Assembly (NCBI GenBank): GCA_951406725.2
Contig: OX597818.1
Location: 28,024,001 to 28,088,000, forward strand
Length of the DNA stretch: 64,000 nt
Reading direction: 5' to 3'
Source of the DNA: Octopus vulgaris
Lineage: Eukaryota
Part shown: positions 48,968 through 61,581 of the stretch, piece by piece
Numbering within the stretch: the stretch's first letter is position 1
Layout of the letters: each line of letters begins with the position of its first letter
The notes under the pieces: model-generated
Databases searched by the model: none
Told to the model about the DNA's origin: nothing
Seen by the model: the letters and a program-made list of their open reading frames with translations, nothing else
Made by a program: the position numbers and the translations under genes

Positions 48968-49420
48968 TACATGCAAATATTAAAAATAATACATTCAAGA
49001 GATACCCAAGAATTCATTAAAAGTAGTCCCAATCACTGCTATATTCCACAATGGGTCACTTTTAGGTCACTTGACCATTTAACATCCTACTACTATCATA
49101 CCATCCCACATTCCCTTATTATTCTCTCTTCTTCTCTTTCTCCTTCTTCTTCTTTGCCTTCTTCCTCTCCGCCACCCCCTTCCTTACTTTACTACTACTG
49201 CTGTTTAGAATAGCACCTATGCAAATATTATAAACAATACATTCAAAAGAGATGTCTCAAGAATTCAATCACTACTACCATCCACAACAAGTCACTTTCA
49301 GGGTACTTGACCATTTAACATCCTACTACTATCATAGCACTCCTGCATTCTTCTTCTTCTTCTTCTTCTTCTTCTTCTTCTTCTTCTTCTTCTTCTTCTT
49401 CTTCTTCTTCTTCTTCTTCT
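48968..49420. repeat. Diverged ~250-bp tandem duplication followed by (CTT)n
   Basis: atgcaaatatt..caagaattca..cttgaccatttaacatcctactactatcata at ~48971 and ~49219. Confidence 0.8.
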
Positions 49421-49855
49421 AATAGAATAATAATAGAATTTAAATAAGCAATCTAGTTTGAGGGTAGTACAGTACTACCCTCGCCCATTTATTACATTCA
49501 GTAGTGTGATTGCCATGCAATAAACAACACCTGTGTATTAATAATTGGGTATTCTATCAGCAGTATAGTGGATAGATATTATCCTTTAGTTGGTTGGATT
49601 CACAACCTCTAATTCTCTTGGAATTATATATATATATATATATAGGTAAGCAAAAAATTTTTTTTAAATGCAGAATGCTCAAATGAAGTCATACAATGAC
49701 GAAAACCGGTTGAATAAATATATATTTTTATATATTTTATCATTTTCTCATTTTATTAAAATTTTCTTTCATTTGAGCATTCTGCATTTTTTAAAAAATT
49801 TTTCCTTACTTATCATTTCTCCACGTGCGGTCAACACAACCCCATCATTTATTGA

Positions 49856-49894
<39 letters not shown>

Positions 49895-49918
49895 TGGTTT
49901 TGTTTTCCTTTCTTTCAG

Positions 49919-50200
49919 TTTCTCTTGCAACACCAGATGGTAGCATAAAATTTGTCAAGATAAATCAAGAAGTAACTTTAAAATGTCCTATTGCAAATGA
50001 AAATGTTACAGTCTGGGTGCTCAGATTACATCAAATTAATAGTCCTGATTGGTCACCTGTTAAAACTAAAAAATTTGAAGCAAATGTGCTTCCTGGAAAA
50101 GTCAACATCTTAAACATCACACTCATTTCAAATGGAGACGTAATAGCTATTTGTAAGAGCACTAACAAGGCGATAAAATTCATAGCAACAACACTATTTA
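49919..50200 (+). CDS. Internal coding exon, Ig-like domain of an unidentified cell-surface or secreted protein
   Basis: Acceptor ttttcctttctttcAG; donor GTAAGT at 50201; 282 nt, phase 1/1, open; VTLKC..VW..LNIT..AIC spacing; N-x-T sequons NVT and NIT. Confidence 0.75.
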
Positions 50201-50687
50201 GTAAGTACCAAATAGTAATCATTTCTATATATTTTTCTGTCCATATTAAGACATAATGATCATAGAATATATTTCTGTAAAAACTAACTTTGAGAATCAT
50301 TCAATTCACAAAATTTGATAGTTGTGACTAAGAATTACTACAAATAATATTTTAATATTTATAACTTATTTCCTTATATTATTCCAGTATTGTTGAAATG
50401 GCGATATTATGGCTGAGGTTATAAGTTTGATTTGCAGAAGAGAAACTTAGTTACTAATATGTGATCCATAAATTGTTTTTCGTATGATGAAATTAACAAT
50501 TAATAATTGTTCTAAAAATTTGAGAAGTATTATTATTATTAAAATGAATATTCTTTTAATGCATTAACATCCTCTTTAAGGTGTACACAAATTGGATTTC
50601 TGATTATCAGCATAAATATCACTCTTCAATACGCACACATGCGTGCATGTGTGCACACACATGCACATGCATGCATACAATATATAT

Positions 50688-51240
50688 ATAGTCTGATCAA
50701 TAAGTATCCGGACTGTTGTCATAGTAACGAAGCTAAAGCATGCAGAGTGAAGCCACTTGGCACAGATTACCTTGTACACTGCTATGTATGCGTACTAAGT
50801 TTTAACATTCTAGCTCACACCTTGCTTGGTAGAAAGGTGTGTAGCACGTGATCATTGCATTGACCATGACAGAGAAAGCTGAGCAGAGAGTCTGCATCAA
50901 ATTTTGCCAAAAGGTTGGCTATACCTGCTCAGAGGCTTATGCAAAGTTTTCAAAAATTTTCATTGTTTTTGACACTTTTGGAATCTAGCCTGAAAGTTGC
51001 TTTTTGTAAGCGAGTTGAGGGACTTCCTGCAATTCACTTTCGATCTCAACAGTACTGTTAAAATGGCACCCTTTGAGATGCATTTTCATCTAGGTGGAGA
51101 GATGGAAGGCTGCAGATGCTAAATCTGATTAAATGAGCAGGTGCAGAAACGATATCATGTTGTCTTTGGTGAGAAACTCGTGAGTGAAGAGAGCTCAGTG
51201 ACAGAGTCCATTGTCATCACAAAGAATCCATTTACTTCAT
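50688..51240. mobile_element. Rearranged mariner remnant (N-terminus +, C-terminus -)
   Basis: TIR-like gtctgatcaataagtatccggact; MTEKAEQRVCIKFCQK on +; on - FLTKDNMI..SDLASA.FHL...KMHLKGCHF. Confidence 0.7.
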
Positions 51241-52186
51241 GCTCTACAGGTACGATAGCTTTCACTGAATTTCCTCCCTCAAACACTTCAAAACATTGCA
51301 GTAAAACTCTTGATTGGTGGCCTGACCCATCTTGCACTTTAAAGTGCTGTATGATGTAATAAACAAACAAAGGCTTCTTCTGGGCATTTTGACTGTTTAA
51401 TTTCTCTCAACTGGAGAATAATTCCAACTGAATGAGAAAACTTTGGTTTCATTATTCAACTGCATGGTGGATACTGTTCTAAAAGTAACTCAAAACTGAT
51501 TATTTTTTACCCTACTGGTCAAGATAAGAATTTGCTGCCAAAATCTAAGTCATGTTACTATTCTTCACTTTTTTGGTTTTTTAGATAAACAAATTAATCG
51601 TCTTTGTTTCTATGGTAGTTAAGATATTCATTCAATCATACTATTGGATCTAGATTTTTTCCTTTGCAAAACATACATTTTTTAAAAGGAAGTAAAAAAT
51701 CTGAAAATCGGCTTTTATAATGTAGTCTTCCAGTCTCATTCCTATGAAGGTATCCTGGTGTGGAGGAAAAAATTGGAGAAAAATATTACAGAGGTTTAAA
51801 AACTGGAAAAACTGTGTATTTTTAGGCAATAGCAGGACGGAAATTTTCTGCATTTAGCAGAACAGTGTCAACTTTAAGGTTGTGCCCTGTGAAATTTATA
51901 GTTTAGTGTCTGTGATATGACCTGTTCCTTGTAGGTTTCTAAATAAACAGAAATACCTAATAAAATCAACATGTATCATCTTACTGTTTCTTTTATCTCT
52001 TCATTGATTGTATATTTTTATTATTGTTTTAAAATTTGTTATATTAATATAATTGTCTGCGTGTGTTTACTTTAAGCATATTTCAGTATTATGTATACCT
52101 GTCATGTATTTGTGTACATCATTAATATATAAGTGCCTGTGGATGTATGTATTCATATATAAGTTTATATGTACATTTATGTATTC

Positions 52187-52248
<62 letters not shown>

Positions 52249-54139
52249 TTGTGTGTGTGTATTTGTGTGTGTATGTGTGTACGTGTGTGTGAAGGGAGCA
52301 TCTATCTCCAAAACTCCAAAGTTGAGTAACGTTTTCATGCTTGGATTTGTAAGCTATGATAAGAATAATACTGGTCAACTAAGAATTTGTCCCAAAAGCA
52401 CAGAAAAATTAAAGCAAAACACACGGGTAAAAAGAATCTCATGGTGTGAAGAATCAAGTGTAAAAATCAACATAGAACAACATGCGGCACAGACAACAGT
52501 GGTTGTCATGGTAAGAAGCTGCTAATGCCACGCTGTCTGTTGATTGGCTAAAATTACCCAAATTTCCCAAATTTAATTCCAAAGAACATCAGATTCTTAA
52601 ATTTACGAGATAAAGTAATTGGTTGATCACAATCAAAATTCAGAGTTGCATCGATACACCAAAATTGAAAGCAATCTGAGCAAAATTAAAGGGGGCTTAT
52701 TTTGCGAATGAAAAAGACTAGATCCCTACTATTTTATACTGTTCGTTTATCAGGCCCTTTAATTGTTTTTCCATGTTTTTATTATTCATAATTCAATTTA
52801 TTAAAATCGGTAGGTACTTCATTGGGATCTTTGTGGTTTCTGTCACTGTTTACAATTATCTTTGAAAAAATTTTTAATGTTCCATATAGATGTAATTTTG
52901 ATGCTAAATCTGAATTTGTTATTCATTTATTCCAGAAAAATTTGGCAAAAATGTTACAGGTGTTCAAAGTTTGATAATTTTCAGAATTTCTATCATGGGG
53001 GTGGGGGCGCATCGGCATGTCAAAACTTGCTACTTCCCTTGTACACGCACGCACATGAACACATTTACTCACACAGAGATAAAACGCTCCCACTAACAGT
53101 TTGCCATCACCCCTTCCTTATTCATCTATCACCCCTTCCTCTCTCATTCATATGTTGTGACAGAGAAAAACACTAGAGTATTATTATATTAAGAAGATTA
53201 TCGTTCTCATATCTTCTCCTCCTTCTGCACATGTGCAGCAACTTTGGTTACTATAGAAACAGAGTGATATGTAAAATACTCACTTCTGATTGGCTAAATA
53301 CCCAAATTTTGCAAATTTTAAAGGCTAAGAACATTTTAGTAATCGATTTATAGGAAAAATGAATTTCATTTTCATAATTAGTATACAAAACTTAATCCAT
53401 ATACCAAATTTGAAAACAATAGGAAAAAATTATAAATATTGACGGAAACCACAGAGATCCCTTCATTGTAGTTATTCTTATGCTATTGTTATTCATATCA
53501 TCGCTATTATTGTTTATACTATTGTTACTAGTATTATTATTAATTGTAATTACTAATATGTTAATATAGATAGGTAGTTCGTTATATTTGTTCATATATC
53601 TAATTAATATTATAGATACCCAATTTATATATATAGTTTTTATCCCCATAATCATAATTTATTATTTTATTAGATTAACATGAAGTTTTCATTTCTAATG
53701 TATCCTCAACACAGGCTTATTTAATCTTGTTATTATTCAGTTTCTTATATGTATCATACATATGTTTATTTTGATGTACACGACTCATAACACTTTCTTA
53801 CCTATTGCTAATTAATTTAGGTTTTGATGTGATAGCCTATTAGATTTTCTATAACGTATTTCTGTTACTACCATATATTGTGAAGCCACCTGATATAATC
53901 ACTTACTACTATTTGTATTGTCTCCCCACATCTATTTTTATATGTCTTGCTCATATTAGTGCTATTTATATTATAATTGATATTTTAAAATTATTAATCT
54001 ACATATGTATCTCACTATTGTTGTTCAATATTTCATTTAATATTGGAATACCTAGTTTGTTATTCTCATATTGGTATCATATCCTTTCATATTGGTAACA
54101 TTATCTCCCCATAATATTTATTATTCAGTCATATTGGAT

Positions 54140-54810
54140 TATGAGACCATAATCTTGTGGTCTATGCCAGGGGCGTAACCAGCCCACTTATGCGTACCTT
54201 TTCCTTCTTTGGATACTAAAACTCTGCTTACGAAGACCTGTTGAGGCAAGTGAAATCAAAATCAAGATCAAAATCAAATTCGATGAATGGCGTCCATGCT
54301 AGTGGGGCGCAAAGAGCACTATACGAGTGTGATCATTGACAGAGCAGCTAACTGGCTTCCGAACCAGTGGCACTTAAAAGGCACCATTCAAGTGTGATCG
54401 TTACCTGCGTCGCCTTACTGGCACTCAAGCCCTGTGCTAGTAGGGTATTAAGAGCACCATCCGAGCGTGATTATTGCCAGAGCGGCTATCTGGCCTCCAT
54501 GCTGGTGACACATAAAAGACACCATTCGAGTGTGATCGTTACCAGCATCACCTTACTGGCACTTGTGCCAGTGGCATGTGTAAAAGAGTCGAGTGAGGTC
54601 ATTGCCAGTACCACCTGACTGGCCCATACCGGTAGCACATAAAAGCACCCACTACACTCTCGGAGTGGTTGGCGTTAGGAAGGGCATCTAGCTGTAGAAA
54701 CTCTGCTAGATCAAGATTGAAGCTTGGTGCAGCCATCTGGTTCACCAGCCCTCAGTCAAATCGTCCAACCCATGCTAGCATGGAAAGCGGACGTTAAACG
54801 ATGATGATGA
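54140..54810 (+). mobile_element. RTE LINE 3' UTR fragment
   Basis: aaaaggcaccattc subrepeats; ccatgctagcatggaaagcggacgttaaacg(atg)n. Confidence 0.85.
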
Positions 54811-55878
54811 TTAGATTAACTTATATTTTATATTTATAGTATATCTTATACTCCATTCTTGTTTCCAATATGTCCAACTTTCAAGTTTCATTTATTATTA
54901 CTGTTATATCTTTTTCTGTACCAATTATACATATTTTTAGCTTGATGGACACAACTCTTTCCCACCTACTATTAATTAATTTAAGTTTTGATGTGATAAT
55001 CTGGTAAATTTCTTTGACACAGAGTTTGCATCATTTTCTCCCTCTGCTTTAAGCTTTAGCTCAGCTAATTATTTCACTTGTAAGTGTATAGTGCTTATTT
55101 TTATCTTTAATTGACCAAATTAGTTTGCTTTGGTTTGTATTCTTTTCATTGTTTTTATCCTTAAATGTATTTTTGTGATTTTCTTTCTTTCTTTTTATAT
55201 AATTTTTCATAGCTTCTATATGATAATATTCTTGGCCTTCTGATGTAATCTTACATCTATATATAACTTCTTTTACCCTACATTTAGAATTGATTGGGCA
55301 TCGCCTTCCCCAGGTACAATTAAATGTTTTAATTCTTTAGAATATTTTCTGGCTTATTATTATTATTATTGTCGTGTTTATATCTTATGCTTTCAGAGTA
55401 TTCTTCTGTATTTCTATTTTATGGGTTTGGAGTATTTTTCGTTTTACCATTTATGCTGTTAATATTATCAAATATGTTTTAACTTTTTTAAATAGTATGT
55501 TTATTGATTTAAATTTTTAGATGATGTGTTTATTGATTTAGATCCTTGTGAGGAATTACTTAGTTATTTCCTTTCCTTCCTTTTCCCGATAAACTATATT
55601 ATTGTTAATAAATCGGCGAAATAATCTACTGAAAGTAACAAAACGTAAAATTCAACTCATAAAGTCCACTACAACACATTGGTTAAAAATATATTAATCA
55701 AAAACGTAATATATTTTGCCTGAAGCCAAATGTAATACAGTAATTTTCATTTCGCCGAAAACGCACATGGTGGAAACTCATTAAATTAATTTATCTCCTG
55801 TAAGAAAGAAAAAGAAACATCTCTCCTGTGACGGAAAATAATTCCGTAAAGCACAAAAATCCAGACTGCATCGTTGTG

Positions 55879-57095
55879 ATAAGTATCACTTTCATCTTCT
55901 ATTTCATATTTTATTTATTATTTTATTTTATTCCCCTTAACTTAAGCTAGCATCTCCGTTAAAATTTATGAAGCCATTTTGTTTACATTCTTTCAATCTC
56001 TGTTCTCGTTTTTCATACCTTATCCTCCTTTAATTGGCTTTAGGATTAAATAACCCCTCCTTCTCCACACTTTCATATATTTTAATAAGTATCACTCTCA
56101 TCTTCTATTTCATATTTTATTTATTATTTTATTTTATTTCCCTTAACTTAAGCTAGCATCTCCGTTAAAATTTACGAAGCCATTTTGTTTACATTCTTTC
56201 AATCTCTGTTCTCGTTTTTCATACCTTATCCTCCTGTAATTGGCTTTAGGATTAAATAACCCCTTCTTCTCCACACTTTAATATATTTTAATATATTTTC
56301 CTCACTTTCTTTTCCTCCACCTTCTCTCTCTCTCCGTTTGTGCATATATGTGTGTGTGTGTGCACGTGTATATGTATATGTATACGTATATATGCATAGA
56401 CGCGAACTCTAATAACAATCTTTAATAATTACTTCCTATTTCAGCTTTCCTGTTAATAATCTCTCTCCGTTTGTGCATATATGTGTATGTGTGTGCACGT
56501 GTGTGTATATATGTATACGTATATATGCATAGACGCGAACTCTAATAACAATCTTTAATAATTACTTCTCATTTTTCTTAATCTTTCATTTTTATCTCAG
56601 TTTCGTAACCTCCTCTCTTTCCTCTCTTTAATAACCTTTCATTTTCTTAATCTTTCATTTTTATTTTTATCTCAGTGTCGTAACCCCCCTCTCTTTCCTC
56701 TCTTTAACAATCTTTCATTTTCTTAATCCTTCATTTCTATTGCAGCTTCGTAACCCCCTCTCTTTCTTCTCTTTCTCCCTCTGTCTCTTTACTTCTCTCT
56801 ATCAGACCATCTCTCTTCTTTCAGCCATTCAATCTTCCCTTGTCTCTTCACTTCTCCACTTCTCTCTGTCACAATCTTTCCTCTCTCACCTTCTCAATCT
56901 CTCTAAATATATAGTCGCGCAGCTCTCAATCTCTCTAAATACACAGTCACTTCTCTCTGTCACAATCTTTCCTCTCTCACCTTCTCAATTTCTCTAAATA
57001 TATAGTCGCATAAATATATATCTTCTTATCTTCTCTCAGCTCTCAATCTCTCTAAATACACAGTCACTTTCTTTCTCTACTTCTCTGCCCTCTGT
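55879..57095. repeat. Series of tandem duplications (206 bp x2, ~130 bp x2, ~75 bp x3, ~60 bp x2-3)
   Basis: ataagtatcact at 55879 and 56085; ctctctccgtttgtgcatatatg x2; tcgtaacc units; ctctcaatctctctaaata units. Confidence 0.9.
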
Positions 57096-57153
57096 CACAC
57101 TATTGAATTTTGAACATAATTAGATAGATAAATAAATAGATAGATTATCCAAC

Positions 57154-58058
57154 ATGTCCAGAGCCTGGAGACGTGACGAATTGGCGTTGTTCGTACGAGC
57201 CTGGAAATGCGCCGACGGAGATAACCCTAACAATGTGATTACGGCCGCGCTGAAGAGCGGCAGCTATAAAAGGACAATAGCTCAGATAGAGCGAAAGAAG
57301 CAGGAATTCATACGCTCCTATGCGCTTGTACGGTCGCACATTGGCACACTTGATGCCATCTTTGAGAACGAGCAGGGCAAAGATGGCAAGGATGGAGACG
57401 ATGAAAGAAGTCACCCCCACCTGGTGGACACCCGGGAAGGGGTTTTGAGTGAGAAACCTGCCCGGGAAGTGAACCCAAGTGCAAGTGCTCCTACCGGCAA
57501 CAAGGGCCATGGAGATGGAGAACCCAGGGAAGAAGTAGAGGGAGGAAGAACTAAAAGAAGGACTGAAAGAACTAAAGGAAAAGCTCAAGCAGGACCAAAG
57601 GGTGAAACAGCCAGGAATAGAAGTGGAACCGCAAAAGATGGAAACAAACAGCGCACACGGGTGTGTAGGTTCTACCTGAGAGGTACCTGCTGGCATGGAG
57701 AGGAAGGTGCAGGCTGCCGCTTTGCACATCGGGGACCCTGCCGCAGAGACACGAAACAGATAAGAAACAACCATCAACACAAGGAAAAGGGATGGACCAC
57801 GCACCACCTGCCCCAAAACGGAGGTACGCAGATGTGGTGCGTGCCACAAACCGCCAACATGATATTGTTGAAAGGGCAGCTGCTGAGCAAGAATCTTTTT
57901 TGTGCATGGCACAAAAGATTGTACAGCAGCTGACCTGGCTTCATCAAACCCAAGCTCGTAGGTGGGACTACCCACTATATACAAGACCACCACAGCAAAC
58001 AGACCCAAGATGGACACCGCCGGCAACAACATACACCTCACCTCGATGCTCCTACTGA
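57154..58058 (+). CDS. LINE ORF1 with Myb/SANT-like N-terminus and CCCH finger; probable frameshift near 57785
   Basis: WRRDELALFVRAW..ITAALKSGSYKRTIAQIERKKQEFIRSY; CRFYLRGTCWHGEEGAGCRFAH; second frame carries RRYADVV. Confidence 0.7.
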
Positions 58059-61013
58059 ACATCAGAGGAATGCAAACACTCAGTAACAGGACAAAAATCC
58101 CGTTCTTGAGAGACTTTGTCGCATGCAATCAAGCCTTATGCATAGCACTTACGGAAACGTATCTGAAACCGGACATAGCAGATGCGGAATTACACATACC
58201 ACAGTATGTTGTACTACGGACCGACAGAAAAGAAAGGAGTCATGGAGGAGTTGCTATGTACATCCGTGAGGACCTCACACCCCAGGTCCTTTTGTCATAC
58301 TCAAACTCGGTGTGTGACACACTAATTGTACATATAAGGCAACTTGATGTAGTTGTGTGTGCTACATATCGCCCTCCAGATGCCCTAAGCCATGTAGGCA
58401 AGTTTGAAGACTGCCTTATAAAAATAGAAGTTCTAATCACATTAGAACAACACATAAGTGTACTTCTTATGGGAGACTTCAATCTACCCAATGTCAGATG
58501 GCCCGAGGGCCTTTCTCTCCCAGGAATGACAAGATGTGAACGAGGACAGGCGAGGTCCCTCCTGAACCTCATCAACACCCTGTACATGGAGCAAGTAATA
58601 CTCCAACCAACCAGGGCAGGTAAAACACTGGATCTCTGCTTCACAAATAATATGGATCTCATCCATAATGTGAAAGTGACACCGACACTACTCTCGGATC
58701 ACAACATGGTAGAGCTGACCATGTACGGGCCAAAAGAGAGCACGGACATGCAGCCTACAAGAAACCCTCAGAATCTTTCCAGCTTGAACTACCATAAGGC
58801 AAACTGGAAACAAATTGAGAAAGAGATCCTCAAACAAAACTGGCCTAAATGTCTCTCCTCGCCAGACATCGACGTGAAACTTCAACAATTCATGTCTGTA
58901 ATGCAAGCCATATGCTACAAATGTGTCCCAGAGAGAAAGGCCACTGTACACAAGAACAAAATCCCCAGAGAGAGGAAAATTTTAATGAGACGGCGTACAA
59001 AAATTTCAAATCGCCTAAACAAACAGATTGAAAGTAGTGAAAAGTCCCGCCTGAAAATAAAACTGTTGGAAATTGAAAAATGTCTGCAACTCTCCCATGA
59101 AAAGGAAAGAGCTGACAAAGAAGCCTGGGCTATAGACAACATAAAATCTAACCCCAGAGCTTTCTACAGGTATGCCAAAGAAACAGCTACGGTGCACTGT
59201 AGGATAGGGCCACTCCTTGAAAAGGATGGCACACTTACAGGAAAACCAATGAGGGTAAGTGAAATACTGAATGAGCAATTCAAGAGTGTTTTCACTCCAT
59301 CCCTTGGGCATTTCCAAATCACCAATCCAACTGACTTCTTTACCACTGCAGATATAAAATCAGAGGCGGCGACGATAGATTACATCGATATAAAAGAAGA
59401 CGATGTAATAAAGGCTATAGATGAAATGAAAACAGACTCAGTTACTGGCCCCGATGGATTCCCGGCAATCCTCCTAAAAGTATGTAAGAGTGTCCTAGCA
59501 AGACCACTGCAGTTCCTCTTTCAGAGCTTCCTTGCAGCTGGCAAACTTCCAAGAAAACTGAAGGAAGGTAAAATATATTCATAAAGGAGGTAGCAGAGCG
59601 GAGGCCAAGAACTACAGACCTATCTCTCTGACCTCACACATCAGCAAGGTCATGGAACGAATAGTCAGAAGGAAACTGATAACCTTCCTTGAAGAAAATG
59701 ACTTGCTGCCCGACACCCAACATGGTTTCCGACCAGGAAGAAGCTGTTTAACTCAGCTCTTACAACACTATGACTGGGTGCTGAAACGACTGCTCAACCA
59801 CTCAAATGTGGAAGTGATATATCTCGACTTTGCAAAGGCCTTTGATAAAGTCGATCATGGAATGATATGTCACAAACTGCGTGATCTCAACATAGTTGGA
59901 AAACTGGGAAAATGGCTTCATGACTTTCTGAAAGATAGAAGTCAGGTGGTAGTAGCCAATGGGGCCACTTCAATTAACACGCAAATATTGAGCGGTGTTC
60001 CGCAGGGCACTGTTTTGGGACCACTACTGTTCGTAATAGCCCTCTCAGATATGCCCTCAGCCACGCAGAGAGCCACGATCACAAGTTATGCAGATGATAC
60101 AAAAGTTTCACAGGCAATACAGAAACCTGAGGACACTAAACGCCTGCAATGTGAGCTGGACAAAATATACAAGTGGGCTGAAAAGAATAGCATGCAGTTC
60201 AATGCTGAAAAGTTCGAAGCTTTATACTATCAGCATGCAAAACTAAATGCAATACCCAATGAATACACTGGACCCGGAGGAATTGCAATCCCAGAGGCAC
60301 AATCAGTGCGTGACCTGGGTATTTACATGAGTGATGACGCAACCTTTCGTGTATATGTTGCTAAATTGGCAATGAAATGTAGACGACTGGCTGGCTGGAT
60401 TCTCAGAACCTTTAGAACAAGAGAACAAGAAACCATGATGGTCCTCTGGAGGACACTTGTCCTAAGCCACTTTGACTATTGCTCTCAGTTATGGTCACCA
60501 TCCAGTGTCAAGTTGATCACAGAACTTGAGGCGATCCAACGTAGCTACATGAAGAAGATAGCCTCTATGCAGAATATAAGCTACTGGGAAAGACTCAACA
60601 GATTAAAACTATATTCCTTGGAGCGTAGGCGGGAAAGATATGCCATAATATACATCTGGAAGATCCTGGAGGGACTTGTCCCAAACTTTGGCATCGAGAG
60701 TTACACAAGTGCCAGAACTGGGCGGCACTGCTTGGTGCCTAGGACTCCAAATTTGCCATCAAGATGTAGGACAAGATACTGTGATAGCCTGGGCTTCCGA
60801 GGCCCACAGCTCTTCAATATCCTCCCGAAGAACCTGAGAGACCTGCATGGGGTGGATGCAGATGTCTTTAAAATGAAAATGGATCTCTTCCTGTCAGGTG
60901 TCCCAGATGAACCAACTTCACGGCAGGAGGTGCAGATGAGGGCAGCTGCATCGAACTCTCTCATGCACCAAATGGCAGTTGCTAAAAAGCTTTCTCGAAG
61001 TAAAACCACGTAG
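58010..61013 (+). CDS. LINE ORF2 endonuclease-reverse transcriptase, frameshifted at ~59575
   Basis: LNIRG, LTETYL, GGVAMY, YRPP, MGDFNLP, LDLCFT, SDHN; [52 protein letters not shown]. Confidence 0.92.
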
Positions 61014-61092
61014 CAACACCAAATGGCGGTGCCCCAGCATGGCCACAGCTCATGAGCTGAAACTAGAATCAATCAATCAATCAATCAATCAA

Positions 61093-61269
61093 TATATATA
61101 TATATACACATATATATATATATACATATACATATATATATATATATACATACATATATATATACATATATATATACATATATATATACATATATATGTA
61201 CATATATATATACATATATATATATATGTACATATATATATACATATATATATATACATATATATATAC

Positions 61270-61368
<99 letters not shown>

Positions 61369-61453
61369 TGTATATATATATACATATATATATATACATA
61401 TATATATATACATATATATACATATATATATGTATACATATATATATATATAC

Positions 61454-61499
<46 letters not shown>

Positions 61500-61502
61500 C
61501 AA

Positions 61503-61552
<50 letters not shown>

Positions 61553-61580
61553 GTATATATATATGTATATATATATATAT
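61093..61580. repeat. ~490-bp (TA)n/(TACA) microsatellite
   Basis: Directly visible. Confidence 0.95.
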
Positions 61581-61581
61581 C

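Larger units (their letters stand above)
57100..61092 (+). mobile_element. Near-complete CR1-group LINE (ORF1 + APE-RT ORF2), (AATC)n tail
   Basis: Two overlapping ORFs; short 3' UTR; tagaatcaatcaatc.. tail; one apparent frameshift in each ORF. Confidence 0.9.

Noticed and set aside
57145-58128. 327-aa hydrophobic ORF on the minus strand
   Set aside because: Antisense shadow of purine-rich LINE ORF1; no independent motif
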